Positions 39,626 to 49,505 of a DNA stretch of 64,000 nt are shown in pieces (the stretch's first letter is position 1; each line of letters opens with the position of its first letter). The stretch spans positions 96,001 to 160,000 of the forward strand of contig CAVRZA010000006.1 in the NCBI GenBank assembly GCA_963725665.1. Reading direction: 5' to 3'. A model generated the notes under the pieces. It did not search any database. It saw nothing but the letters and a program-made list of their open reading frames with translations, and had not been told where the DNA came from. The DNA comes from an uncultured Actinomycetes bacterium (GTDB lineage: Bacteria > Actinomycetota > Thermoleophilia > UBA2241). A program made the position numbers and the translations under genes.

Positions 39626-40519
39626 TCAGAAGCGCAGGACATCTTCGCCACGCTTCAGCCGATAGCGGAAGACCCACCGTTCGAGAGGCATGAGCACAAC
39701 GCGTTCGATCGCTACGACGAAGACGCCGAAGTACAGCATCCACGCGATCATGTCCGCTGTGGCGAAGCCCTTGAAGGCGGTCCCGATCTGCACGCCCACG
39801 CCCGTTATGCCCGCGAACGTCTCGGTGAGAGCCGCCAGCTTCCACGAAGAGGCGAACGAGTTGCGGACGGCCGCAAACAGGAAGGGGTAGAAGGTCGGGA
39901 ACACGATGTGCCGCAGTGCCTGCCGTGTCGAACGGTCGTAGGACTGGCTCATGAGGAGCAGTCCTCGGTCGACCCCCTCCACGCCGGCAGCGACGTTGAG
40001 CGTGATGGAAGGAAGCACCATGAACGCCACCACCACCGAGGGGCCGGTGTCGCCGAGGCCGAAGAGGATGAGGGCCAGGATCGCGTACACCACGAGCGGC
40101 ACGTTGGCGGTGATGTAGATCAGGTCGAAGAAGAAGGCCTTCCAGTAGCGGTACCGCCCCATCAGGATCCCGATCGGGACGCCCAGGAGGACCGCGCCGA
40201 CAAACCCGTATAGCGTCTTCCTCATGGTCGCCCAGAAGTTGATGAACACCCAGCCGCGATCGACGCCGCGTGTCGGGTCGCCCACGATGAAGCCCCACAT
40301 GCGTTGCGCCACTTCCCACGGAGGCGGGATCAGCTCGAACTGCGTGGGCTTGTAGCGACTCGCAAGCTGCCAGAGCAGCAGCAGCGTGAGCGCGCCGAGC
40401 AGGGAGTAGCCGCGGGCCTTCCACTTGTTCCTGGCAGCCTTCCTTGCCACATCCTCGACCAGCTCCGGCCTAGGCTGCGCCGGCGCGGGCTTCCGCGCTA
40501 CCTCAGCGGAGACAGACAA
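39626..40519 (-). CDS. NitT/TauT ABC transporter permease
   Basis: IPPPWEV, GVPIGILMG, GVEGVDR, SWK....ETF..GVG. Confidence 0.88.
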   Translation of the reverse strand: MSVSAEVARKPAPAQPRPELVEDVARKAARNKWKARGYSLLGALTLLLLWQLASRYKPTQFELIPPPWEVAQRMWGFIVGDPTRGVDRGWVFINFWATMRKTLYGFVGAVLLGVPIGILMGRYRYWKAFFFDLIYITANVPLVVYAILALILFGLGDTGPSVVVAFMVLPSITLNVAAGVEGVDRGLLLMSQSYDRSTRQALRHIVFPTFYPFLFAAVRNSFASSWKLAALTETFAGITGVGVQIGTAFKGFATADMIAWMLYFGVFVVAIERVVLMPLERWVFRYRLKRGEDVLRF

Positions 40520-40560
40520 GCGACACCTCTCTCAATGAGTAGAACGACCTCGTCTGCGGA

Positions 40561-41718
40561 TCAGGCGCCCTGAGGATCGCTGTACGTCTGCTTGCCGGTC
40601 TGGGGATCGATGGTCACATAGAAGGGATAAGGCTGGCTGGCTGGGACCTGTTTCTGATCGACCAGCAGCTTCGTCACGCCTTGCTCGCCCTTGATCCAGT
40701 CCGGGCTCATGTACACGGTGTCGACCCACTCGTTCCACCAGTTCTTCATGTAGTCGACTTCCCACTGGTACTCTGCAGTGTTCAGCCAGCCGAAGTCGTT
40801 GGGGTACTGCTTGACGATCTCGGGCATGTGGGCCCAGAACTCTTTGACGCCGCGCTCCCAGACACTGGCGAAGAAGGCGACCTCCCCCGGATGGGCATCG
40901 TAGTACTGCTTTGTGCACACGAAGTTGTTGCTGTCGAAGCCTTCGTGACCGGGCGCGAACTTCGCTTCGTAGATCTGCGAGATCCCCTTGCCGTCGTACA
41001 TGATCTTGACCTTGTTCTCGTGCAGGTACTTGACGGCGTTGACGTACGCGGTACAGCCGGCGTCGAGCTGTCCCTTGAGCACGAGCTCGGGCGAGACGGA
41101 GAAATCGGTGACCACGATCTGCAGGTCCTTCGACTGCGCCCCCAAGTCGCGTCCCTCGCTCTTGGCCAGCGCGATCCAGGCGTGGGCGGAGTTGGTCGCG
41201 GACTCGAAGCCCACCTTGGCGGGGCTGGGCAGGTCGGCGAACGAGTTGTAGCCCTTAGCCGGGTCGACGCAGAGCATGTCCTTGCCCTTGTTGTACTTGG
41301 CGAAGGTCACGGTCCGGACGCCAGTCTCCATCTCGAGGACCGGCACCTCGTAGCTGCCCATCGAGACGATGTCGGCGTGGCCGCCGGCGAAGAAGGCGAA
41401 CTCGTCCTCGGTCTCGTTGCGAGCGATGTGATAACCGGCGGCGGCCTCCATCTCCTTGATGATGCCCTTGTCCTCCAGCCAGTTCCACACCGGGTCGGCG
41501 GAGAACACGAACTTGATCGGTGTTGAGCTCCCCTTTGCCGGACTCGCGCTGCTGCTACTGCCGCTGCTGGTGGAGCCACCGCAGGCAGCAAGCAGCGGGC
41601 CCAGGGCGACGACTCCAGCTCCGGCTCCGGCGACCTTGAGGAGGTCGCGCCGCGACATGCGCCGCGCCATCAGTTCGCGCAGCAGAGCGGCGTCTTCGTG
41701 AGGCGTGTGCTCCTTCAT
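40561..41718 (-). CDS. ABC substrate-binding Tat lipoprotein (NitT/TauT type)
   Basis: SRRDLLK twin-arginine, LAAC lipobox, Ser-rich linker, FAGGHADIVSMG. First gene of the ABC operon. Confidence 0.85.
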   Translation of the reverse strand: MKEHTPHEDAALLRELMARRMSRRDLLKVAGAGAGVVALGPLLAACGGSTSSGSSSSASPAKGSSTPIKFVFSADPVWNWLEDKGIIKEMEAAAGYHIARNETEDEFAFFAGGHADIVSMGSYEVPVLEMETGVRTVTFAKYNKGKDMLCVDPAKGYNSFADLPSPAKVGFESATNSAHAWIALAKSEGRDLGAQSKDLQIVVTDFSVSPELVLKGQLDAGCTAYVNAVKYLHENKVKIMYDGKGISQIYEAKFAPGHEGFDSNNFVCTKQYYDAHPGEVAFFASVWERGVKEFWAHMPEIVKQYPNDFGWLNTAEYQWEVDYMKNWWNEWVDTVYMSPDWIKGEQGVTKLLVDQKQVPASQPYPFYVTIDPQTGKQTYSDPQGA

Positions 41719-42145
41719 ACCACTTCCCCCTTGTCACTGTGGCGCCGGCCCACGCGAGCCGGCCATCTGTGGCTTCGACTGGATCTTCGCCCCGATTTCA
41801 TCGACAAGGGTCAAGGATCCGGGTCTGCGAAGCAGCCGTCCACCCCATGCTACTTCGTTTCTCAGAGAACCGTACTCTGCACTGCCCCGTTGGTATGGTA
41901 CATCATGTGGTATATATGATACTTTCCGCCGAAGAAACGCAAGACCGAGACGCTCAGGCAGCCAAAGAAAGGGGCGAATCCCGGCCGCTGTGAGGGCGAT
42001 CCCTCGCTCCAATGTCTGCTAGACAAACCAGTGGAAGGAGCCGCAGCATGTTTCCGAGTGAGCGCCAGCTGTATGAGATCACCCCTACAGGGAAAGGGCC
42101 CGTCCCATTCACCCAGCACCCGTTTGATCGGGAGGCCCTCTCCTA

Positions 42146-42925
42146 GTGGCCGCGCACGGAGTCGCCCACGTCGCCATCTATCCAGATCTCGCGGGCAAGG
42201 TCGCCCTCGTCACCGGTGGATCGCGAGGAATCGGCGCAGCGACGTGCGAGGCACTCGCCGCCAACCGAGTGAGGGTGGCGGTGGCCGCCCTCCCCGGGGA
42301 CGGCATCGACGAGATGGTCGAGAGGCTGCCGGGTGAGGCTATTGGCGTCGCGGCGGACTGCACGAGCGTGGAGGACGTCGCGGCAGTGCGTAATCGGGTC
42401 GAGAGGGAGCTCGGACCCGTCGATCTCCTCTGCCCCTTCGCGGGTGGTTTCGAGTCCTTCACGCCTGTCGAGCGTCTGGGGCTCGAAGAATGGCGACGCG
42501 TGCTGGAGGTCAATCTCACCGCCACGTTCATCACCGTCAGCGCGTTTCTCCCGGGCATGATCGCGCGCAAAGCCGGTTCGATCGTGACCATGGCCTCGAT
42601 CTCAGCGCGGTTTCTCGACAAGCCGACGATGGCGGCCTATGCGGCAGCGAAAGCCGGAGTGGTCATGTTCACGCGCCACCTTGCACTAGAGGTGGGCAAG
42701 TATGGCATTCGTGCGAATTGTGTTGCCCCCGGTACGACTCTCTCGGAACGAATCAAGCGGGTCATGGACAGCGAGTCGATAGAGCGCACCGCAGCTCTGT
42801 CGCCACTTGGCCGCATAGGCATGCCGGAAGACACCGCAAACGGAACCCTCTTTCTGCTTTCGGAGTCGGCCTCCTGGCTGACCGGCGTCACCCTCGACGT
42901 TGCGGGCGGTCGGGTGATGCTTTGA
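42146..42925 (+). CDS. SDR family oxidoreductase
   Basis: TGGSRGIG, VNL, YAAAK, NCVAPG, LTGVTLDVAGG. Confidence 0.9.
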   Translation: MAAHGVAHVAIYPDLAGKVALVTGGSRGIGAATCEALAANRVRVAVAALPGDGIDEMVERLPGEAIGVAADCTSVEDVAAVRNRVERELGPVDLLCPFAGGFESFTPVERLGLEEWRRVLEVNLTATFITVSAFLPGMIARKAGSIVTMASISARFLDKPTMAAYAAAKAGVVMFTRHLALEVGKYGIRANCVAPGTTLSERIKRVMDSESIERTAALSPLGRIGMPEDTANGTLFLLSESASWLTGVTLDVAGGRVML

Positions 42926-43151
42926 GCGGGCTGTCTGGCAAGGCCTCCGCAGGCCTCCGATGAGCTCAGGCTGATCCTCGATCTCATCTACGCGAGGGCG
43001 GCCTCACGCACATGAGGACCACCGTGAGTGACACGGCCAAATAGGTCAGTACTTGGCCGGCTCCGCCTGATCGACGATCACGTCAAGAACTCGATGCGGG
43101 AGGTCGCAAAGGCAGTCCAAACGGACCGGGGAGGTTGGCCTCGGCACCTTT

Positions 43152-43229
43152 GAGCTGCTGGCTCCGGTCACGCCCTCCAAGATCGTCTGCGCGGGTTTCA
43201 ACTACTGAGCCCACGCCGCCGAGTTCGGT
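43152..43229 (+). pseudogene. Fumarylacetoacetate hydrolase family relic
   Basis: Hand translation ELLAPVTPSKIVCAGFNY*AHAAEFG: FAH N-terminal motif with an internal TGA at 43206, then truncated. Confidence 0.65.
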
Positions 43230-43236
43230 CATCCCA

Positions 43237-43340
43237 CCCACTGCGGCGACTGCCTCACGAACGAAGCCCGGTAGCGAAGCACCGTTGGTGTCGCAGACGC
43301 AGACGACCCCGGCGCCGACTTTGGCCGCTACACGCGGCAA
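43237..43340 (-). pseudogene. Citramalate synthase/LeuA family relic
   Basis: RVAAKVGAGVVCVCDTNGASLPGFVREAVAAV resembles the DRE-TIM CDTNG(G)xLP motif. No start codon or flanking domains. Confidence 0.55.
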
Positions 43341-43484
43341 GCCCGGGAGGGAGGATACTGGCGTGATCGCGAGAGACCCGTCACGGCAGCGAGCGGTACG
43401 GCGACGGCCCGGCGATGTCGATCTGAAGCGGCGCTCAGAGTAGACGCGCACGGGTGGGCGGGCGGACGGACTGGAGGCATTCGC

Positions 43485-44831
43485 GTGAACCATGAACTGG
43501 GAATCGAAGGCGGGACTGTCGTCACCAGCCGCGGTCGACGTCTTGCCAACATCTACGTCGATGCCGGTAGGATTGCGACGGTGACGTCCTCGCACTTGAG
43601 CAGTCGCCAGACGGTGGACGCCTCGGGGCTTCTCGTGATGCCGGGTATGGTGGACGCACACGTCCACTTCATGGACCCGTCCGAGACGGAAAGGGAAGAC
43701 TTCTCGACCGGATCTGCGGCAGCAGCAGTCGCGGGCGTAACGACGGTGGTAGAACACACCCACTCCAGTCCTGTAGTGACCGCGGAGGAGCTAGACAGAA
43801 AGCTGTCCCATCTGCTTGGACGGTCATACGTCGATTTCGCTCTCGGCGCACACGCCTTGCCCGATAGGCTCGACGAGCTCCCGGCCGTCTGGCAAGCGGG
43901 CGCAGCCCTCATCAAGCTCTTCACGTGCAAGACACATGGAATCGAAGGATTCACTCCTGGAGGTCTCCGACGGCTGTTCGCCGTGACTGCCGCCATCGGT
44001 GCCCCTTGCCTCGCGCACTGTGAGGAGGAGACGCTGACAGCGGGGGCAGAGGAAGCTCTGCGCGAAACCGGGCGCGAGGATTCAGCGGTCATCCCCGAGT
44101 GGCGCACACGTGAGGCCGAGGCCCTGGCAGTGAGCGCCGTAGGCCTTCTCGCAGCATGCACTGGGGCTCGTGTCACAGTGGCCCATGTCAGCAACTGCGA
44201 GACTCTGTCGGTTCTCTCCATGCATCGACGCAGAGCTCAGCTCGCAGCGGAGTCATGCCCCCAGTACTTGACCCTGTTCGAAAGCGAGGTGCTCGCTGAG
44301 GGGCCCTTGCGCAAGTTCACTCCCCCGGCCCGCGCACGGTGTGATGCGGAGATCGATGCTATGTGGGCGGCTCTCGCAGAAGGCAGGATCGATTACGTCG
44401 CCTCCGACCACGCACCGGCTACCCTCCAACAGAAGAGAGCCGGGTCAATCTGGGACGCACCCTTTGGCCTGCCCGGAATCGACACGACCCTCTCGATCCT
44501 TCTCGATGGCGCAGCGAGCGGTCGCATCTCCTATGAGAGCGTCGTACGAGTGTACTCTGAGAAGCCTGCGTGCCTCTACGGACTGCATCCACGCAAGGGC
44601 AGTCTCACTCCAGGATCGGACGCGGATCTGGTGATTGTGGACCCCAGCGCGCTCTTCACCCTGAGGAACGAGGACATAATCTCGCGCGCAGGCTGGTCGC
44701 CCTACGCCGGAAGGACACTGAGGGGTCGTGCGGTCAAGACGCTCGTGAGGGGCCGGGTCGTTGCCTCCGACGGTGCGATCTCTGGTGACTGCGGCGGCAG
44801 GTTCGTGCCGGGACCGGGCAGCTCGAGGTGA
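43485..44831 (+). CDS. Cyclic amidohydrolase (allantoinase/dihydroorotase family)
   Basis: PGMVDAHVH, AAAVAGVTT, IKLF, AHCE, AHVS, ESCPQYL, ASDHAP, KGSL.PGSDAD. Confidence 0.88.
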   Translation: MNHELGIEGGTVVTSRGRRLANIYVDAGRIATVTSSHLSSRQTVDASGLLVMPGMVDAHVHFMDPSETEREDFSTGSAAAAVAGVTTVVEHTHSSPVVTAEELDRKLSHLLGRSYVDFALGAHALPDRLDELPAVWQAGAALIKLFTCKTHGIEGFTPGGLRRLFAVTAAIGAPCLAHCEEETLTAGAEEALRETGREDSAVIPEWRTREAEALAVSAVGLLAACTGARVTVAHVSNCETLSVLSMHRRRAQLAAESCPQYLTLFESEVLAEGPLRKFTPPARARCDAEIDAMWAALAEGRIDYVASDHAPATLQQKRAGSIWDAPFGLPGIDTTLSILLDGAASGRISYESVVRVYSEKPACLYGLHPRKGSLTPGSDADLVIVDPSALFTLRNEDIISRAGWSPYAGRTLRGRAVKTLVRGRVVASDGAISGDCGGRFVPGPGSSR

Positions 44832-46243
44832 CCTCTTTCAGCGGGCTCTCGGCAGCGCACCTTCGCCGAGGCTTCCTCAGCGGCGATTTCTCACCCGTCG
44901 AGGTGATGTATGCGGTCCTGGCGCGAATCAGTGAGACTGATTGCTTCAACACGTTCATCACGCTCGTTCCCGAGCAGGCTCTGCGAAGCGCCCAGGAGGC
45001 TGAACGTCGGTACCGGCGCGGCGAGGTCGATGCCACCCCCCTCCTCGGCATCCCGGTTGCGGTGAAGGACAACTACGACACCGCAGGGATCAGGACGACC
45101 TACGGCTCCTCGATGTTCGCCGACCACGTTCCCAGCGAGAGCGCTTCGTGTGTGGCCCTCGTTGAAGCAGCGGGCGGGATCGTCGTAGGCAAGACGAATC
45201 TCCACGAGTTCGCCTGGGGGATCAGCGGCATCAACCCGCACTTCGGCGCCTGTCACAACCCCTGGGACTACAGCCGGATCGCCGGGGGCTCGAGCAGCGG
45301 TTCGGCGGCCGCACTCGCCCTGATGCAGACACCGCTTGCCCTCGGCAGCGACACCGCCGGCTCGATCAGGGTCCCCGCAGGCTTCTGTGGTGTCGTGGGC
45401 TTCAAACCGAGTCAGGACCTGCTCTCCCGACACGGGTTGTTTCCACTCGCCCCGACGCTGGACCATGCAGGCGTCCTGTCGAGGGATCCTCACGACCTCC
45501 GTCTTCTCTTGCCCGTGCTGAGGGGACAGACAAGCCACGGGGGGGACGCGCAGCGCGCCGCTCTGAGGATCGGCCCGGAGCCGTTGCGGGGCATGCGCAT
45601 CGGCGTCGTCGCTCCGTTTCCCGAGGTCCCCCTGGGTGAGGACATCGCGCGAGCGTTCCGCTCCGCCCAGCGAAGCCTGGAGGACCTTGGAGCCGAGCTG
45701 ATCGAGATCGAGGCGCCCGCTTCCGACGACCTCCTCGGTCCCTTCTCCTCCATTCAGCAGGCTGAGGCACTGGAGGTGCACAGAGCCCGGGGGCTCTACC
45801 CCGACAGACGGCTCGATTACGGTGAAGATGTGCGTCGTCGGCTCGACGCGGCTTGCACAGTGTCGGCGCCGGACTACGAGGCCGCGTGCCTGGCGCGTGA
45901 CGAGTTGCGTGCCGTGGTTCGATCGAGGTTCGAAACGGTCAGGATGCTCCTCAGTCCGGTCGGGGCCGTTCAGCCGGCGACCATCGCCGACGAGTCAGAG
46001 ACGGCGTCATCCGCTGTCCTGAGGAGCAAGGTGCTCCCGTACACCGTGCTGCAGTCTCTGGCAGGCATCCCCGCGTGCGCCGTCCGGGCTGGATTCGACC
46101 GCGAAGGGCTCCCAGTCGGGGTCCAGTTCTCCGGCCGGTGGGGAGAAGACGAGCTGGTGGTCAGCGTGGTCGAGGCGCTCCACCGGCGCACGCGCGACAC
46201 CCAGGAAGTGTGGCCCGCCGCACAGGCGACTTCCGCCGGCTGA
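44828..46243 (+). CDS. Amidase signature family protein
   Basis: GIPVAVKD, GKTNLHEFA, GGSSSGS, GSDTAGSIRVPA. GTGA overlap with the upstream gene. Confidence 0.9.
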   Translation: MTSFSGLSAAHLRRGFLSGDFSPVEVMYAVLARISETDCFNTFITLVPEQALRSAQEAERRYRRGEVDATPLLGIPVAVKDNYDTAGIRTTYGSSMFADHVPSESASCVALVEAAGGIVVGKTNLHEFAWGISGINPHFGACHNPWDYSRIAGGSSSGSAAALALMQTPLALGSDTAGSIRVPAGFCGVVGFKPSQDLLSRHGLFPLAPTLDHAGVLSRDPHDLRLLLPVLRGQTSHGGDAQRAALRIGPEPLRGMRIGVVAPFPEVPLGEDIARAFRSAQRSLEDLGAELIEIEAPASDDLLGPFSSIQQAEALEVHRARGLYPDRRLDYGEDVRRRLDAACTVSAPDYEAACLARDELRAVVRSRFETVRMLLSPVGAVQPATIADESETASSAVLRSKVLPYTVLQSLAGIPACAVRAGFDREGLPVGVQFSGRWGEDELVVSVVEALHRRTRDTQEVWPAAQATSAG

Positions 46244-46409
46244 CGACCTGCCAGCCACGCTGCACACGGTCCGTATCCCAAAAAGAAGTCAGAGCCGCCT
46301 TCGGCTCGGGAACCCATCAACGCCGCACCCGCAAGCCAGGCTGCCGCTGCCCTGGCAGCCTCAATGGCAAGGGGCCAACATGACGGACTGGTCGGTCTAG
46401 GCCCGGAGT

Positions 46410-46973
46410 TCAGGCCTTGAATCTCTTCCACCACCCGAAGCGCTCGGGAGGGGCCGGAGGGATCTCGGGCAGAGGGACCTTCTCCGGGTCGAAGGCCGCC
46501 GTCAGATACGTACCCCTGTCGAGAAACGCCTCGAGTTGCGCGGGGAGTGCCAGCCAGAGCTTGACGCGGTAGTTCCCTTGGAAGGCCGCACCCTTGCCCG
46601 GGCGCAGCGGGCTCTTCATAGGCCAGCCAGCGATGATGCGGCCCTCGCAGGCGCCATGGAAGCCGTCCGACTCCAGCAGCTCATCCAGGATGGGCCCATA
46701 CGTGGCGGCGTCCTCGCGGCTCAGACGGCCCACGGGGTACAGGTTGATGAGGACCTGCGTGGCGTAGCGCTCGTCGAGACTCTTGAGATCGCGCCGCAGA
46801 ACCGCCACCACCGGGACCTCGACCGCCGTCTCCCGGCGCTTGCCCACGAGCTTGGCCAGCTCGGGTTCTCGCTCCGGGTCGACCACGACATCGATAGTGC
46901 GACCATACGGCAACATCACCGCGTCGCCTTGCAGCGCGATCTGCCGGGCCACCTGCTTGACGTCCCGCTGCAC
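46410..46973 (-). CDS. Hypothetical protein, weakly HIRAN-like
   Basis: RBS AAGGGG with GTG. AVL......D.YA..V.I....VG.L.REDAA.Y...I.AGW...G.Y.VKL pattern. Confidence 0.5.
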   Translation of the reverse strand: MQRDVKQVARQIALQGDAVMLPYGRTIDVVVDPEREPELAKLVGKRRETAVEVPVVAVLRRDLKSLDERYATQVLINLYPVGRLSREDAATYGPILDELLESDGFHGACEGRIIAGWPMKSPLRPGKGAAFQGNYRVKLWLALPAQLEAFLDRGTYLTAAFDPEKVPLPEIPPAPPERFGWWKRFKA

Positions 46974-46978
46974 GGCGT

Positions 46979-47110
46979 TCAGTCCCCTTCGCGCGGCAGC
47001 AGCGTTTCCGGCGTACCGCACAGCGCCGCGAAGCGCACAGCGTCGTACACGGTCGTCGACCCGTCCAAGCGGAACGATTCATGACCCAGCCAATGGATGT
47101 ACTCGATCAT
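46979..47110 (-). pseudogene. Internally deleted MBL-fold metallohydrolase
   Basis: RBS GGAGG. MIEYIHWLGHESFRLDGSTTVY (MBL N-terminus) is joined directly to DAVRFAALCGTPETLL (C-terminal-like helix); 43 aa, no HxHxDH. Confidence 0.55.
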
Positions 47111-47297
47111 CGATCCTCCATGATCCGCACGTCCCAAGCAGATGGCGCGAGCTGCGCGCACGCGACCAGTAGACGCTGCGGCGCTCATGGTGCCCGCGCC
47201 CCCTGCCGGTGGCGCGCCCACGCGCGACGGAGGCCCGGGGGCGGACCCACCTGCGGGATCCGGCCCCCGGCCTGTTCGCGCCGTCGAGAAGATACGC

Positions 47298-48626
47298 CTA
47301 CGTGTGGAAGAGCGACATCGGCGACGGGGTGAAGCCGTCCTGCAGGAAGTCCTCTTCAAACTGGCACTTGGTCAGCAACTCGACGCCGGTGTCGGTCACG
47401 ACGAGGTTCTCCTCAAGCCGCACGGTCTGCTCCAGTTTCGGGTGACCGGCGAACGTCTCGATGGCAAACGTCATGTTCTGCTTGATCTCGGCCGGATACT
47501 GGAGCGAGTAGGCGCGCGAGATCCACATGCCCTCATACAAGGTGAGCCCGATGCTGTGGGCGAACTGCTGGAGGCTGACGCTGCCGTGCTCGTCGTCGTT
47601 GTACACGGGGAACCTGGCGGCCACGTCGGCGGTGGTCGCTCCGGGCTTCAACTCGGCGATGCCCGCATACAGACTCTCGTAGCACTCCTTGTAGAGGTCC
47701 TTCTCCTGCTGGGTCGGCTTCGCCGCGACCTTGAAGCAACGCACGAAGTCCACGAAGTAGCCCCCGGGGCCGATCGCGTTGATGTCGATAATCATGAGGT
47801 CGCCCTGGCGGATGACCTTGTCGGTGTGCCAACGCCGGTACGGGCTCGTGTTGCCGCCCGAAGCGACGATGATGTCGTAGACGAAGTCGAAGCCCTTCTC
47901 GTAGAGGTACTCGTTGACTTTCGCGCACACGTGGGCCTCAGAAACGCCCGGCTTGGCCCACTCGTTGATGACCATCCACATGGCGGCGTCGCCGTGAGCG
48001 CTGGAGATCTTCAGGCACTCGATCTCGTCACGCGATTTGATCACGCGCGCCTCGGACATCACCGGCCAGGCGCTGACGATGTTTATGCCGAGATTGCCGA
48101 GCTCCTGAAAAGCGCGCAGGTCCATGACGTCGATGCCGATCGTCTCTTTCTCGACGCCCGCCTCCTTGAGTACGTCGAACACGCTGTTGGCCATCTTCTT
48201 GGCCATGTACTCTTCCGCCTGCTCTGCCCACTTCCAGGTCATGGCCGGCTTGATGCGACCGTCCAGCCACGGCGCGTCGATCTTGGCGCATTCCGAGTCT
48301 GAACCTACGGTCTCGAACATGACCGGCTCGCCGCCGCGAGGGAGCACGCAGTAGCGGATGAAGATGTTGTTCTTCCAGTTGCCCTGGAACAGACCGGTCA
48401 CGTAGCGAATGTTCTCGCCCACGAACAGAACGAGAGCGCCGAGGTCGTACTTCTCCATCATCGCCTTGGCCCTGTTGAGGCGCTCCGACCTCATGCGATA
48501 GAAGTTGACCCGCTCCTGCCAATCCGTTGCGGTGGTGCTGTAGACCGAACGAGCGCGATACTCATGCGGCTTGCCGATGAAGCTGGTGTCCATCGGCCTG
48601 GAGAAGAAGTCGAAGTCAGTGCTCAT
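47298..48626 (-). CDS. M24 fold metallohydrolase
   Basis: DWQERVNF..MR.ERL, ENIRYVTG, RVIKS..EI; ligands IDI, VDF, HSIG, IET, RLEE. Confidence 0.88.
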   Translation of the reverse strand: MSTDFDFFSRPMDTSFIGKPHEYRARSVYSTTATDWQERVNFYRMRSERLNRAKAMMEKYDLGALVLFVGENIRYVTGLFQGNWKNNIFIRYCVLPRGGEPVMFETVGSDSECAKIDAPWLDGRIKPAMTWKWAEQAEEYMAKKMANSVFDVLKEAGVEKETIGIDVMDLRAFQELGNLGINIVSAWPVMSEARVIKSRDEIECLKISSAHGDAAMWMVINEWAKPGVSEAHVCAKVNEYLYEKGFDFVYDIIVASGGNTSPYRRWHTDKVIRQGDLMIIDINAIGPGGYFVDFVRCFKVAAKPTQQEKDLYKECYESLYAGIAELKPGATTADVAARFPVYNDDEHGSVSLQQFAHSIGLTLYEGMWISRAYSLQYPAEIKQNMTFAIETFAGHPKLEQTVRLEENLVVTDTGVELLTKCQFEEDFLQDGFTPSPMSLFHT

Positions 48627-48764
48627 GTTAGCTACCAGTCCTCCTCGATGATGTGAACGAACGCATGGGGCCGCTCGAGGTGAGATCAAGTCGAGCGCCG
48701 TACTTGCCGTTGCTGGCGGCTTGGGAGCCCTTCACCCCCTATCTGGTTCTCAAGAACGGTGCCA

Positions 48765-49433
48765 TCAGTCCTCAATGGCGAAGATCCTGGCTGGCGCCGC
48801 CTCCGCGCACCCCAACCGCAAGGGTGCGGCGACAATCTTCACCCTCTTCCGGGTCAGCCGATGAAGGTCCGTGAGGCCCTCGTAGATCAGTACGCCGGCG
48901 CCCAGAAGGACCTTGTGAACAGCGAAGTCGTCCGGCACGAAATCCACGTTGCGGGCCCCGTACTCCTGGAAGCAGTCGAAGCCGACCGCGCTGGGCTTCA
49001 GCTCGACCAAGCACTCGGCGCCGTCTACGGTCAGCACCGGGGACTTGAGCCAGAAGGACAGGTCGGGAGCGTTCCAGCGCTTGAGTCCCCAGTCGGTCCG
49101 GATGAGGACGACGTCCCCCTCGCTGACGTCGTCGGCGAAGACGCTCAGGTCCTGTCGCCCGATCGTGGCGTCTTCCTCGCCCTTGCTCGACAGGTCGAGA
49201 ACCACGGCGTCGCCGACGAACCTGTCCAGAGGTATGTCGCTGATCCTTGCCCCGTTCTCGCAGACGTGCAGCGGGGCATCGATATGCGTAGCGGTGTGTG
49301 CGCTCATCGAGAGCCACGTGCTCTGCCAGTACCCGGGTGACTTCGTGATGGTGTCGAAGCTCAGCTTCTTTCTGATGGGTATCGGCAGCTGCGTGTCGTT
49401 GTCGACCAGAAGGCTCAGATCGATGATGGTCAT
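48765..49433 (-). CDS. Cyclase family (kynurenine formamidase-like) metal hydrolase
   Basis: IIDLS, HTATHIDAPLH, VHKVLL, IYEGL, AAPLR...AAPARIFA. Confidence 0.9.
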   Translation of the reverse strand: MTIIDLSLLVDNDTQLPIPIRKKLSFDTITKSPGYWQSTWLSMSAHTATHIDAPLHVCENGARISDIPLDRFVGDAVVLDLSSKGEEDATIGRQDLSVFADDVSEGDVVLIRTDWGLKRWNAPDLSFWLKSPVLTVDGAECLVELKPSAVGFDCFQEYGARNVDFVPDDFAVHKVLLGAGVLIYEGLTDLHRLTRKRVKIVAAPLRLGCAEAAPARIFAIED

Positions 49434-49505
49434 TTGTCGCCTTCCTCCGAATCTCGTGTGGGACGCTTCACAGGGCGGCTCGCGAACGGCCCATCTTCCG
49501 GCCGG

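Noticed and set aside
43206-43208. In-frame TGA in the FAH fragment as possible selenocysteine
   Set aside because: The position is not a conserved Cys and homology ends a few codons later.
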